From a virus, in the IMG/VR virus record IMGVR_UViG_3300011116_000448, positions 3,346 to 67,345 of that record: a stretch of 64,000 nucleotides of DNA. One strand, given 5' to 3'. The translations under genes were made by a program, and so were the position numbers. Within the stretch, counting starts at the first letter, position 1. The number at the start of each line of letters is the position of its first letter. The notes below the pieces were generated by a model. That model did no database searches and had not been told where the DNA came from. It saw only the letters and a list, made by a program, of their open reading frames with translations. Shown piece after piece: positions 46,279 through 54,184 of the stretch.

Positions 46279-46845
46279 CTATGTAGTACCCGGGTTAGCC
46301 CTCGACAAGATCGAGATTACCTTTTCCAAAGCTTCATCCTTTCCACCTTCCTCCACTGGGGCTTTCGTACCGCGAGAATCTTTCTCTAGCTGCTCCCCAA
46401 TAACTCCCTTTGTTACCTTGGCCTTGTCAATCTCCTTTTGAAGCAACTCACAGGCCTTAATAGCAGCTTGGTAGTTCTTTTCACTCAAGGCGTGGTTATA
46501 AACTTCCCTGATCTTTTGAATAACCTCAATGGTATCCAGACCTACTGCTTCAATTCGCTTCTTCATGGCAATAGCCACAGCCTGCTGGACCTTGGGCATC
46601 TTGAGCATCGTGTAACCAACAATCTCAGGGTTACCGCTTTTTGATCCAGCCATGCGAGCAGCTTGTGCTGCACTAGCCGTTTTCACGTAAGCTTCCACAA
46701 ACCTGATCTGCAAGGGGGTCATCGTAGTCAGCAATTCCCGAAGGACCTTGTACTCCTTCTGCTCGTCCCGGTTAAGCAGCTTCAACTCTTCCTTGTCAAT
46801 AGCAATGGCTACCGCATTGTGGGGTTCGTTAAGATCGTCTTCCAT
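46279..46845 (-). CDS. terS: terminase small subunit
   Basis: T..Q.RFVEAY.....A.QAA..AG HTH; L..P.V...; A.KA.ELL; upstream of TerL. Confidence 0.85.
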   Translation of the reverse strand: MEDDLNEPHNAVAIAIDKEELKLLNRDEQKEYKVLRELLTTMTPLQIRFVEAYVKTASAAQAARMAGSKSGNPEIVGYTMLKMPKVQQAVAIAMKKRIEAVGLDTIEVIQKIREVYNHALSEKNYQAAIKACELLQKEIDKAKVTKGVIGEQLEKDSRGTKAPVEEGGKDEALEKVISILSRANPGTT

Positions 46846-46869
46846 AAATTTTTTCCCTTTAGTACACAA

Positions 46870-48030
46870 AAACCCATTGACTTATCCACGGATTTTCTTA
46901 AAGCGTTCCTTTTTAGTATAAATTACACCCCCTATGTATTCCCCCAATTTTTATAGGGGGGTCAAATTTGAAATATCTAGGACTAATTAAGGATTTTGGA
47001 GGGGGGGTCAACTAACCCCCAAGGGGCCCGGCCCTGTTTTTCCCCCTCCCCGTCCCTCCTGAGCAACCCCCCGAGGGCTAGTGGTAACTGACTAGTAGTA
47101 ACCTAGAAGTAGTAGCAGGTTCACACTAGCGGAGTAACCATGCTGGGAGTAGGGCTACCTAGTAACCCAGCGGGACAAGGGGGGATATACCCCTAGCTCC
47201 CGTGGGGGAATAGGTCCGACCCCCCGGACATTACAGAATTGTCATGGTTCCACCCGGCGTGAGGTGCGACACTTTGTCACATGGACAGTACGGCTTAGTA
47301 TTGATCAAGAACATTGTGTGAACCGTTGGTAGTGTGGAGTTATCGCTAGTGTCCCCCGGCCTCTGGGAGGGGGGCAGGAGGGGCGGAAGGGGGGCAAGGT
47401 CCAGTCGTACCCCCGGAACTACCCCCCTCTGGACGGCCTTCCCTGAGCCTCTGGAAGGCTAGTGTTACCTTCACACTACCGAAGCCCTTGGGGCGGAACA
47501 ATACCTGAACAGTTCAGGGTCCGGTAATGAACCTCACGCCCTTGTAACAATCTGTAACATCTTGTTACTTGCCACCCCTAGGGGGATGTGATGAGGTCCA
47601 GCTTGGTCTATCCCCTGAGAGGTAGACCCGTAGGACCGGAACCTCGTATATAGCCCCCTGCCACGGGGGGAACCCGGACCAAGAGGCGCAGGCTACCCCT
47701 TGCCCCCTTTGCCCCCCTAGCGGGGGTACCCTTGGCCCCCTACGGGGGGTTAGGGGTACCCTACGGGGGGCGGAGATACGGGGGGCCGCGTAAACGGACC
47801 AGCGGGGGCAACCTGCCCGCTGGTTAGGCCAAAGGTGATGACCCACGTTGCTAGTCCGGGTGCACATTGGATGCGCCTTCACTGGTAAAACAAGCGAAGG
47901 CTTGGCGACACTCGCAAGAGTGTAAAGGGGGCAGAACGTGGCAATCTTTTCTCAGTTGTTCCCAAGCAAACAATGCACCCAGCTACATGCAGAGACACTG
48001 CATGGTTAGTGCATTGTTACTTGGGAGTAA
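46870..48030. other. non-coding divergence region between late and early arms (probable genome end/packaging and early-promoter region)
   Basis: About 1.15 kb without credible ORFs; G/C homopolymer runs, short repeats, many hairpins; strand switch. Confidence 0.7.
47581..47950 (+). ncRNA. candidate structured RNA / early leader
   Basis: Dense stems with cUACGg (47740-47745) and GCAA (47808-47811, 47914-47917) tetraloops and G-U pairs on the + strand. Confidence 0.45.
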
Positions 48031-48035
48031 TGATT

Positions 48036-48656
48036 ATGACTAACGCAAACAACACGAACGCCCCCGCCCTTGACCTGACAGTTGAGGGCAAGCTTATCCG
48101 CAAGATTGCTGGTAATGCTTCGGCTGCTATCTCTGAGGCAAACACGTGTGCAATGCGATACGTGGACTTCGGGCTTGCTACTGGTAATCTCGATTTGCTG
48201 CGTATGCTGCGCGATGCTTTGACCCACAAATCATTGCAGGCTAAACTTGACTCATGGGTAAAGCGTGTTGCCCCTGTTAAGCGCAAGGGTAAGAAGCATC
48301 CAAGCGGCGAAACTACATACAGCTATGTGAAAGACAAGAAGCGCAGCCGTAAAGAAGGTTGGCAGATTGTCGATCAGGTGGCTTATTCGACGGGACCTAT
48401 GAACTACAAAGCCCCGAAGAAGGATGCCCCCGACATGACACTGGAAGCCATACTGAAAATGGTGGCAGGTTCACTTGACCGGGTAGCCTCAAAGATTGAC
48501 GACGAAGCTAGCGACGTTGCCTTGCGCTTTAGGCTTGCGCTTGAAGACTTGGCTAATGAAGCCGAAGAGAAACTGGATGCACTTACAAAGAAAGATGCAC
48601 CCGCCGCGACTAATGAAGAAGTGGTGACCTTAATCAAGGCCGCTGCTAACGGTTAA
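48036..48656 (+). CDS. first early gene, hypothetical
   Basis: GGAG SD, 206 aa, followed by a strong hairpin. Confidence 0.75.
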   Translation: MTNANNTNAPALDLTVEGKLIRKIAGNASAAISEANTCAMRYVDFGLATGNLDLLRMLRDALTHKSLQAKLDSWVKRVAPVKRKGKKHPSGETTYSYVKDKKRSRKEGWQIVDQVAYSTGPMNYKAPKKDAPDMTLEAILKMVAGSLDRVASKIDDEASDVALRFRLALEDLANEAEEKLDALTKKDAPAATNEEVVTLIKAAANG

Positions 48657-48663
48657 CCCTTCA

Positions 48664-48693
48664 CACCCCCTAGGCATCACACCCTAGGGGGTG
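48664..48693 (+). other. 11-bp GC hairpin (mRNA stabiliser/processing site)
   Basis: CACCCCCTAGG/CCTAGGGGGTG; no U-tract. Confidence 0.6.
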
Positions 48694-48728
48694 CACTGGT
48701 TTAACCCCCATGCAATGGAGCACCCAGC

Positions 48729-49046
48729 ATGAGCAACCTAGTATCCCCCGTTTATGACGGGGGCGTATCGCATAACCGGGTACCGGGTAAAATGCCCCCC
48801 GTGACCATGCCCCCCGCGTGGGGCTTGGTGCGCACCCTTAACACAATGCTACGTGGTAGCGAGTATGACGTGCCTGACGCCACATGGTGGCCCTTGGTCC
48901 GGCAATCGTGCTCAGTCCTTAACAAGCATCTTGACCGGGCCTACCGTACCAGCGGGGGCACACCCTGCCCGGCCTTTGTGACTGTGTTCGTCATTACCAA
49001 GGGGGATAACCCCCGCAAGATTCTCCGCGTGGTGCGCGTCCTGTAA
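48729..49046 (+). CDS. hypothetical early protein
   Basis: GGAG SD plus ATG; terminator follows. Confidence 0.6.
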   Translation: MSNLVSPVYDGGVSHNRVPGKMPPVTMPPAWGLVRTLNTMLRGSEYDVPDATWWPLVRQSCSVLNKHLDRAYRTSGGTPCPAFVTVFVITKGDNPRKILRVVRVL

Positions 49047-49078
49047 TGGGGCGCGTGCTTTAGCGCGTAGCGCGCTGA

Positions 49079-49105
49079 CCGCCCGCAAGGGCGGGCTATT
49101 TTTTT
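49079..49105 (+). terminator. intrinsic terminator
   Basis: CCGCCC-GCAA-GGGCGG then GCTATTTTTTT. Confidence 0.8.
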
Positions 49106-49218
49106 GTGCGCGTTTCATACACCCCTCGCCTCGCGGCGGGGGCTTGATGATAGGACGCCCGCAGCTAAGGAGTAGCGCAAGCTACGACGCACAAGCGAAG
49201 TAGCATAAGGCAAAGGAG

Positions 49219-49431
49219 TTGCATCACATGAACTACTGGAACATCATGAACCTTGCGTTCGCACTGTCCAACATTGCCTACAATTACTTCAATGACCTTG
49301 AAGCTACTTTGTGGCGCAAGTACAGGGACTACGATGATGAGCCACCCCAAGAATACTGGGATGCAGTAGAAAACAAAAGCAAGTCCAGTGAAGCTTGCGA
49401 CGAAGTCATGTGTCTCTATTTGAAAGGGTAA
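49219..49431 (+). CDS. hypothetical early protein
   Basis: AAGGAG SD; likely ATG at 49228. Confidence 0.6.
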   Translation: MHHMNYWNIMNLAFALSNIAYNYFNDLEATLWRKYRDYDDEPPQEYWDAVENKSKSSEACDEVMCLYLKG

Positions 49432-49436
49432 CGAAA

Positions 49437-49769
49437 ATGAAAATGGATTTCACAAACTTCTTTTGGCAGCTTAACTGCGCCATGGACCTTGATCTTTCGA
49501 ACAAGAAGCGTGCGATGGAAGAAGGTCCAGACGAAGCGTTCAACGGCCTCGAATACGAACACCTTTGCACGCTTCAGTTCACTCTAGAAGAAGAGTGGGC
49601 AAGCTTTGAAGATCACTACTACGAGAACGTAATCCTTGGTGATGTGCGCGAGTTCACCTTTGCTGAACAGCGCGCAATCAATGAAGATCTTTCGCTTGAG
49701 CCTATTACGCACGGTACTTTCTGTACCTGCAAGGCTTGTTACGATGAAGTCTTTGAAGAGGTGTACTGA
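49437..49769 (+). CDS. acidic early protein with C-terminal H..CxCxxC
   Basis: About 25 D/E versus about 7 K/R in 110 aa; HGTFCTCKAC. Confidence 0.65.
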   Translation: MKMDFTNFFWQLNCAMDLDLSNKKRAMEEGPDEAFNGLEYEHLCTLQFTLEEEWASFEDHYYENVILGDVREFTFAEQRAINEDLSLEPITHGTFCTCKACYDEVFEEVY

Positions 49770-49770
49770 T

Positions 49771-49959
49771 ATGGATACGACATTGTTTCAGTATTACCTC
49801 GGTGCGTGTCTTGTGACATTTGTTGTGTTACTGATTAGCTACCTACTCAGTGGGCACAGCTCATTTCATCTACGCTGGACAAGATTGTTCTTTGCCAGTG
49901 CCTTTTGGCCTCTCGCCATTCTTATTGGCGTGATTCTCTTTTTCTTTGAAAAGGATTGA
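49771..49959 (+). CDS. small two-TM membrane protein
   Basis: GAGG SD; two hydrophobic helices; AFWP motif. Confidence 0.6.
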   Translation: MDTTLFQYYLGACLVTFVVLLISYLLSGHSSFHLRWTRLFFASAFWPLAILIGVILFFFEKD

Positions 49960-49966
49960 TCTTATC

Positions 49967-50131
49967 ATGACCATCATGGAAAGCTACGCAATAGTCTCGT
50001 GCTTTGTCTTTTTGTGGATGATCCTAAGAGACATGGAAACACCGTTCTTCACCCTTTTGGGCATAGCGGTGTTCTGGCCTGTCTTTGTGATTGTCACCCT
50101 TGTTGAGGCCGCTTCTAATAAACGGAAATGA
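49967..50131 (+). CDS. small two-TM membrane protein
   Basis: AAGGA SD; two hydrophobic helices; VFWP motif. Confidence 0.55.
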   Translation: MTIMESYAIVSCFVFLWMILRDMETPFFTLLGIAVFWPVFVIVTLVEAASNKRK

Positions 50132-50137
50132 TCCCCG

Positions 50138-50452
50138 ATGTATTACATTCGACAACAAGTATCGCGTACTATCACGCGCACCTTCACATACCTTGGCTTC
50201 AATGAAGCCTTGAAGGCAATGCCTACCTTCCCTAAGGGGACGAAACTCTTCAACCACACTGGAACGGAGATAACACGATGGCAGCACTTTTTGAAAGCAC
50301 TCCAGCACCAACATTTGGTTACAAAAACACGACTCGACGCAAGTACGTCCACGGCTTCTCCAAAAGCCCGTACCGCCTCCACTTCAACTACCGTCACGAA
50401 GCGGAGAGCCAAGCGCGTTGGTTTGTCATCCACATACCAACGAATCGCGTAG
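50138..50452 (+). CDS. hypothetical protein (3' half overlaps next gene)
   Basis: ATG ORF filling 50138-50277; the overlapping tail is low-complexity S/T. Confidence 0.35.
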   Translation: MYYIRQQVSRTITRTFTYLGFNEALKAMPTFPKGTKLFNHTGTEITRWQHFLKALQHQHLVTKTRLDASTSTASPKARTASTSTTVTKRRAKRVGLSSTYQRIA

Positions 50453-50505
50453 TCGACACTGGTGACGACGAAACCTCCCTCAAACAAAAGTACGAGATAA
50501 AGTAA
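50278..50505 (+). CDS. hypothetical early protein
   Basis: GGAG SD plus ATG. Confidence 0.6.
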   Translation: MAALFESTPAPTFGYKNTTRRKYVHGFSKSPYRLHFNYRHEAESQARWFVIHIPTNRVVDTGDDETSLKQKYEIK

Positions 50506-50506
50506 A

Positions 50507-50689
50507 ATGAGACAAGCAATCGTATTCTTTTCGCAGATGATGCTCATGTTCATCTGCTTCATGCTCTTTGGTTACGCAATTAGCGTAGCCATCACGACGC
50601 TTAATGTAGCGGGTGCAATTGCGTTCTCCATTGTGTGGGCACTTTTAAATGCAATTGCGCTTGCTTGGTTTCTTTCACTTCCGGAGTAA
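50507..50689 (+). CDS. small two-TM membrane protein
   Basis: Almost entirely hydrophobic, 60 aa. Confidence 0.6.
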   Translation: MRQAIVFFSQMMLMFICFMLFGYAISVAITTLNVAGAIAFSIVWALLNAIALAWFLSLPE

Positions 50690-50696
50690 TCCTATC

Positions 50697-51161
50697 ATGT
50701 CAATAACCCCCGCCGCCCGCACCCTCAAAATGCAGGGTAAGACAATTACATCTGTTGAATGCAACAAGACCAAAGATGAGATTATCTTCGAGTTCAGTGA
50801 TGGTACTGCCGCTTGGATGCTTCATCGCAACGACTGTTGTGAAGTAGTCACTCTAGAGGAAATCATTGGTGATCTTGACGATCTAAAAGGTAGTCCTCTT
50901 TTGACAGCAGAACTGCGAACCTCCAACAACGATGATAATCCGAAAGATCCAAAAAGTTATGAAGGTTCACACACTTGGTCTTTTTACGAATTTGCAACGA
51001 TCAAAGGCAGTGTAACGATGCGTTGGTATGGAGAATCCAACGGATACTACAGTGAAACTGTTGACATTTATTACTACACATCACCAGAGAAAATAAAAGA
51101 AGAAAACCACGGATATTCTCCAAGACATAACAGCGATGTTGACTACGGTTATGGGGAGTAA
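50697..51161 (+). CDS. conserved phage hypothetical protein
   Basis: H..DCCE.V....I.GDL.DL.G.P...AE...TW.FY...T.KG.V..RWYG.SNGYYSE.V, a widespread phage motif set; GGAG SD. Confidence 0.8.
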   Translation: MSITPAARTLKMQGKTITSVECNKTKDEIIFEFSDGTAAWMLHRNDCCEVVTLEEIIGDLDDLKGSPLLTAELRTSNNDDNPKDPKSYEGSHTWSFYEFATIKGSVTMRWYGESNGYYSETVDIYYYTSPEKIKEENHGYSPRHNSDVDYGYGE

Positions 51162-51288
51162 ACTACGATGTACAACCTTGGGTTTTGGATTTACCTTGAG
51201 TGTCTTTACAAGGACGTAAGGTTCAACGACAAGAACCACGACGCTGTAAAGGAAACAATCCGCAAAGATTTTGAACGAGGAGGTGTCT

Positions 51289-51558
51289 ATGCTAACGAAT
51301 TGGCAGCCAATAGAAACCGCGCCAAAGGACGGTACTAAAGTACTTCTTTGGGTACCTGAACTAAACGATTGGGTACGTTCATATTGGAAAGGCGGTTTTA
51401 TAGGTGACTATTGGGTTAATCAATATGGCAATGGCCCTTATTGTCATGTTGTGTATGAACCCAATCCACTGCGTCCAGAGTTTTTTGAAGGTGTGTATAG
51501 GCGTATTGAACCTACACATTGGATGCTATCACCAACAAAACCCAAGAATACGGAGTAA
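51289..51558 (+). CDS. DUF551-like phage protein
   Basis: WQPIETAPKDGT.VLLW...PTHWM..P; GGAGG SD. Confidence 0.8.
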   Translation: MLTNWQPIETAPKDGTKVLLWVPELNDWVRSYWKGGFIGDYWVNQYGNGPYCHVVYEPNPLRPEFFEGVYRRIEPTHWMLSPTKPKNTE

Positions 51559-51563
51559 TTCCA

Positions 51564-51773
51564 ATGGGTCTTCGTCCTTATAGCGCTTGGGTGAATCAAC
51601 CATCCACACTACAGCCCTTTAACTATTTGCATGGTGTTGAGGGGATTTGCTTTGACGACTTCGAAGGATCAAAGTTTACTGTGTTTTATTACGCAGAAGA
51701 TAACGTGTTGCGTCAAAAATCCATGCAAAAACTTTGTATTTCAATAGGAGTGAAACCTAGCTATGACCGCTAA
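51564..51773 (+). CDS. hypothetical protein
   Basis: GGAG SD before ATG; A(W)VNQPSTLQP. Confidence 0.55.
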   Translation: MGLRPYSAWVNQPSTLQPFNYLHGVEGICFDDFEGSKFTVFYYAEDNVLRQKSMQKLCISIGVKPSYDR

Positions 51774-52098
51774 GAAACAATCCAAGAAACCCGCGCCCAT
51801 CAGGCTTCCCAAGGGTGACAAGGCTGTACTTGAGCTTGTCATTACTTGTGAACGTGGGCACCAGTGGTACGTAGAAGACTCAGAAGAAACCGGGTTTGTT
51901 ATCCACACGGGATGTCGTGAGTACCGTGATTGGGATTCTGCCTTTGAACACTACCGTCCTTGCAAGTGGTTCAGTGAAAGCGATTGGTCTATTGACCGCG
52001 AAGATTCCTTGTCTGACGAAGAGTTGGATAACACGCGCAAGCGTTGTATCCAGCGTCTCAAGTATCTTCAACAGGAATGGCAAGCGGGGCGTGCTTAA
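51763..52098 (+). CDS. hypothetical protein
   Basis: AGGAG SD; IHTGCR motif. Confidence 0.6.
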   Translation: MTAKKQSKKPAPIRLPKGDKAVLELVITCERGHQWYVEDSEETGFVIHTGCREYRDWDSAFEHYRPCKWFSESDWSIDREDSLSDEELDNTRKRCIQRLKYLQQEWQAGRA

Positions 52099-52281
52099 CA
52101 TGACATTTGTCCCTTTTAACTTGCAGCATTGCAAGCACGTTGTTTCTTATTGGATCATCGTGCGTGCCAATGGGCGTGGACCTGAGTACTTCCACCCTTC
52201 GGAAGACGAAGCAGCTGATGCGTACTATCATCAATGCGCCGAAGCTGGTCTCAACCCCACTCGTACAGAGGAGTACACACA

Positions 52282-52518
52282 GTGAAAACCTGCGTAACGT
52301 GCAAGTACCACGAAGACATCGAATACGATGGACACAAATGCAAGAAATTTCAGTACACCAAAGTTGACCCTGTAACAGGCGAAAGCTGGTTGCAGGGGGA
52401 AGTAGATTGCAGCGACCATCGTGCTCTCGGTTCTCGTTACAATATCGGGGGACGCATAAAATGTGGGCCTGCTGGCATTTACTGGGAACCAAAAGAAGGA
52501 GTAGCTACTAATGGCTAA
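52282..52518 (+). CDS. small Cys-rich putative Zn-binding protein
   Basis: C..CKYH...C...C..R...CGP.G.YW; GAGGAG SD before GTG. Confidence 0.6.
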   Translation: MKTCVTCKYHEDIEYDGHKCKKFQYTKVDPVTGESWLQGEVDCSDHRALGSRYNIGGRIKCGPAGIYWEPKEGVATNG

Positions 52519-52873
52519 ATTGTTGCCAATAAAGACGCCTGTCGAAGTCGAAAAAAAGACGGCGGAGGTAGTTTCTATCGTTGAGTCAACTACTGATGCT
52601 GATGCTGATGCTGATACATCTACTTCGACATCGGCCTACGACGATCTTGTACAGTCTTTTGACGAGCATCTTTACGAAGAGATGTGGGACTGTGATCTTG
52701 ATCTTGAACTCAATCAGAATGATGTGGGTGAACTCAATTTCTACTACGGTTACATCCGTGCTTTGCGTGATGTGGCTAAAAGTGTATTTGGCTACACTGA
52801 TTCCACGTTGAATCAGCTATCACCAAATTACACTGCACTAGCAGTGGCTTCCAACAGTAAGGATGACGACTGA
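52511..52873 (+). CDS. acidic hypothetical protein
   Basis: AAGGAG SD; contains a (CTGATG)n repeat encoding DADADAD. Confidence 0.6.
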   Translation: MAKLLPIKTPVEVEKKTAEVVSIVESTTDADADADTSTSTSAYDDLVQSFDEHLYEEMWDCDLDLELNQNDVGELNFYYGYIRALRDVAKSVFGYTDSTLNQLSPNYTALAVASNSKDDD

Positions 52874-53472
52874 TGACAACGGATAAGAAACTTGACACAG
52901 TGTCACTTGATGTCACTATTGGCAGTACGTCATACCTGACACTTACACCAGCGCATATTAATAAAGCTGTTGGCGGCTCTGACAGAATTTGTAGAGTACT
53001 CATCCAAGGACGAAACAAGCACCACGCTCACGCTAATATCGAGCTATCTCTTTCCTACTCACAGACAAAGAAAGAATACTACATTTACGTAGCAGGTAGT
53101 GCTGTCGACAGTAAGAATGCTCACTACGTATCTCTTATGGAAATACCTTTGAGTGGTCTATTTGATCTTTACGAAAACCACGAAAAGGTCAACGTAAGAG
53201 ACTTGCCTGCCACTATGGACAATCGAGCTGACGAACAGTTGATATGCTTCAATGAAAGAGGCATACAAGACATACGAAATATGGACATTGGAGTGGATCT
53301 GGATGAAATGTGGACAAAAGGCGCAGGACCACATATTCGCAATGACGAAACATTTACAAGCGCCAACACCATGAATACGCAACATTATGACGAAGATGAC
53401 GACGAAGAGGAGGACGATTCTTATGATGACGAAAATGCCCGTGACGACACCTTCAACGACGACCCGTTCTAG
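52873..53472 (+). CDS. hypothetical protein with acidic SSB-like C-terminal tail
   Basis: TGATG coupling; ends ...DEDDDEEEDD...DDTFNDDPF. Confidence 0.65.
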   Translation: MTTDKKLDTVSLDVTIGSTSYLTLTPAHINKAVGGSDRICRVLIQGRNKHHAHANIELSLSYSQTKKEYYIYVAGSAVDSKNAHYVSLMEIPLSGLFDLYENHEKVNVRDLPATMDNRADEQLICFNERGIQDIRNMDIGVDLDEMWTKGAGPHIRNDETFTSANTMNTQHYDEDDDEEEDDSYDDENARDDTFNDDPF

Positions 53473-53692
53473 CGAATTTTGGTTTGGTATGACGCTTGGG
53501 GTTGTATACGCAACAACATTCTTTTCATTGGTGTATCTCATTAGCTACACCTACATGACAAAGCGCCATACCAATCAACTCATTGAAATACAACAACAGC
53601 CGCAACAAAAGTGTCCTATCACGTTGCGTGGTACTTGCACTGCGGAGTCGATGGTGGATGCAGTAAATGGGGAAGTGCAATGCCTGAGCTAA
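53387..53692 (+). CDS. putative single-TM protein
   Basis: FWFGMTLGVVYATTFFSLVYLI helix; the real start is probably near 53436-53489. Confidence 0.45.
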   Translation: MTKMTTKRRTILMMTKMPVTTPSTTTRSSEFWFGMTLGVVYATTFFSLVYLISYTYMTKRHTNQLIEIQQQPQQKCPITLRGTCTAESMVDAVNGEVQCLS

Positions 53693-54090
53693 TTATCACA
53701 CGGCAAGGCCGAAAGTACAATTGGTCGGCTGACGAAGATGCGTTCATCACGTCACGTCGTAAAAGCGGATGGAAATTGGTATCCATTGCTACCGCCATGC
53801 AGTTGCCATACAAGATTGTGGCAAAGCGAGCCAACGCTCTCGGTCTTGCCAGTAGTGGTAATGTTGCATTAAAAAAACTCTTTGACGAAGAGTTTTACTT
53901 GCTTGAAGAATTTGCCTTGAAAAAAGATCCGTCAAGGTCTAACATACAAGAACACTTCAAAGTAACTGGACATCGTGCTGACTTGCTTCGTGACATGGTT
54001 CTTGCAATCAGGGGCCGTAATGCCCTCAAGAAGCAAGCAGACATTAATGCGACCGTAACAAAACGCGGTCGTCTCAAAGTTTCCTTCTAG
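53680..54090 (+). CDS. Myb/GcrA-like helix-turn-helix protein
   Basis: WS..ED......RK.G.....IA..M......V..RA..LGL resembles the GcrA N-terminal HTH. Confidence 0.55.
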   Translation: MPELIITRQGRKYNWSADEDAFITSRRKSGWKLVSIATAMQLPYKIVAKRANALGLASSGNVALKKLFDEEFYLLEEFALKKDPSRSNIQEHFKVTGHRADLLRDMVLAIRGRNALKKQADINATVTKRGRLKVSF

Positions 54091-54184
54091 TTTCTTTTTT
54101 GTTACCGCTGTAAGCGACTAGATTGTATCTTTACCACACGGTAGCGTTGTTTGCAAACCAACCTTAAAAAAGGATGAAAATACT

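Noticed and set aside
47228-47280. TTACA/TGTCAT/TGTCAC considered as a Pho box
   Set aside because: The half-sites are not at the 11-bp spacing required for PhoB.
47565-47882. 105-aa minus-strand ORF in the non-coding junction
   Set aside because: Pro/Arg/Gly-rich translation of G/C runs with a non-ATG start; better explained by RNA/DNA structure.
47581-47950. Assignment of the structured region to tmRNA, RNase P RNA, tRNA, group I intron or cobalamin riboswitch
   Set aside because: I could not find the diagnostic conserved sequences (tRNA-like T-loop/CCA end, GAGGAAAGUCC, P7 core, B12 box), so it is left unassigned.
52593-52615. (CTGATG)n microsatellite
   Set aside because: An in-frame hexamer encoding DADADAD in a linker; length change would not shift the frame, so it is not a phase-variation switch.
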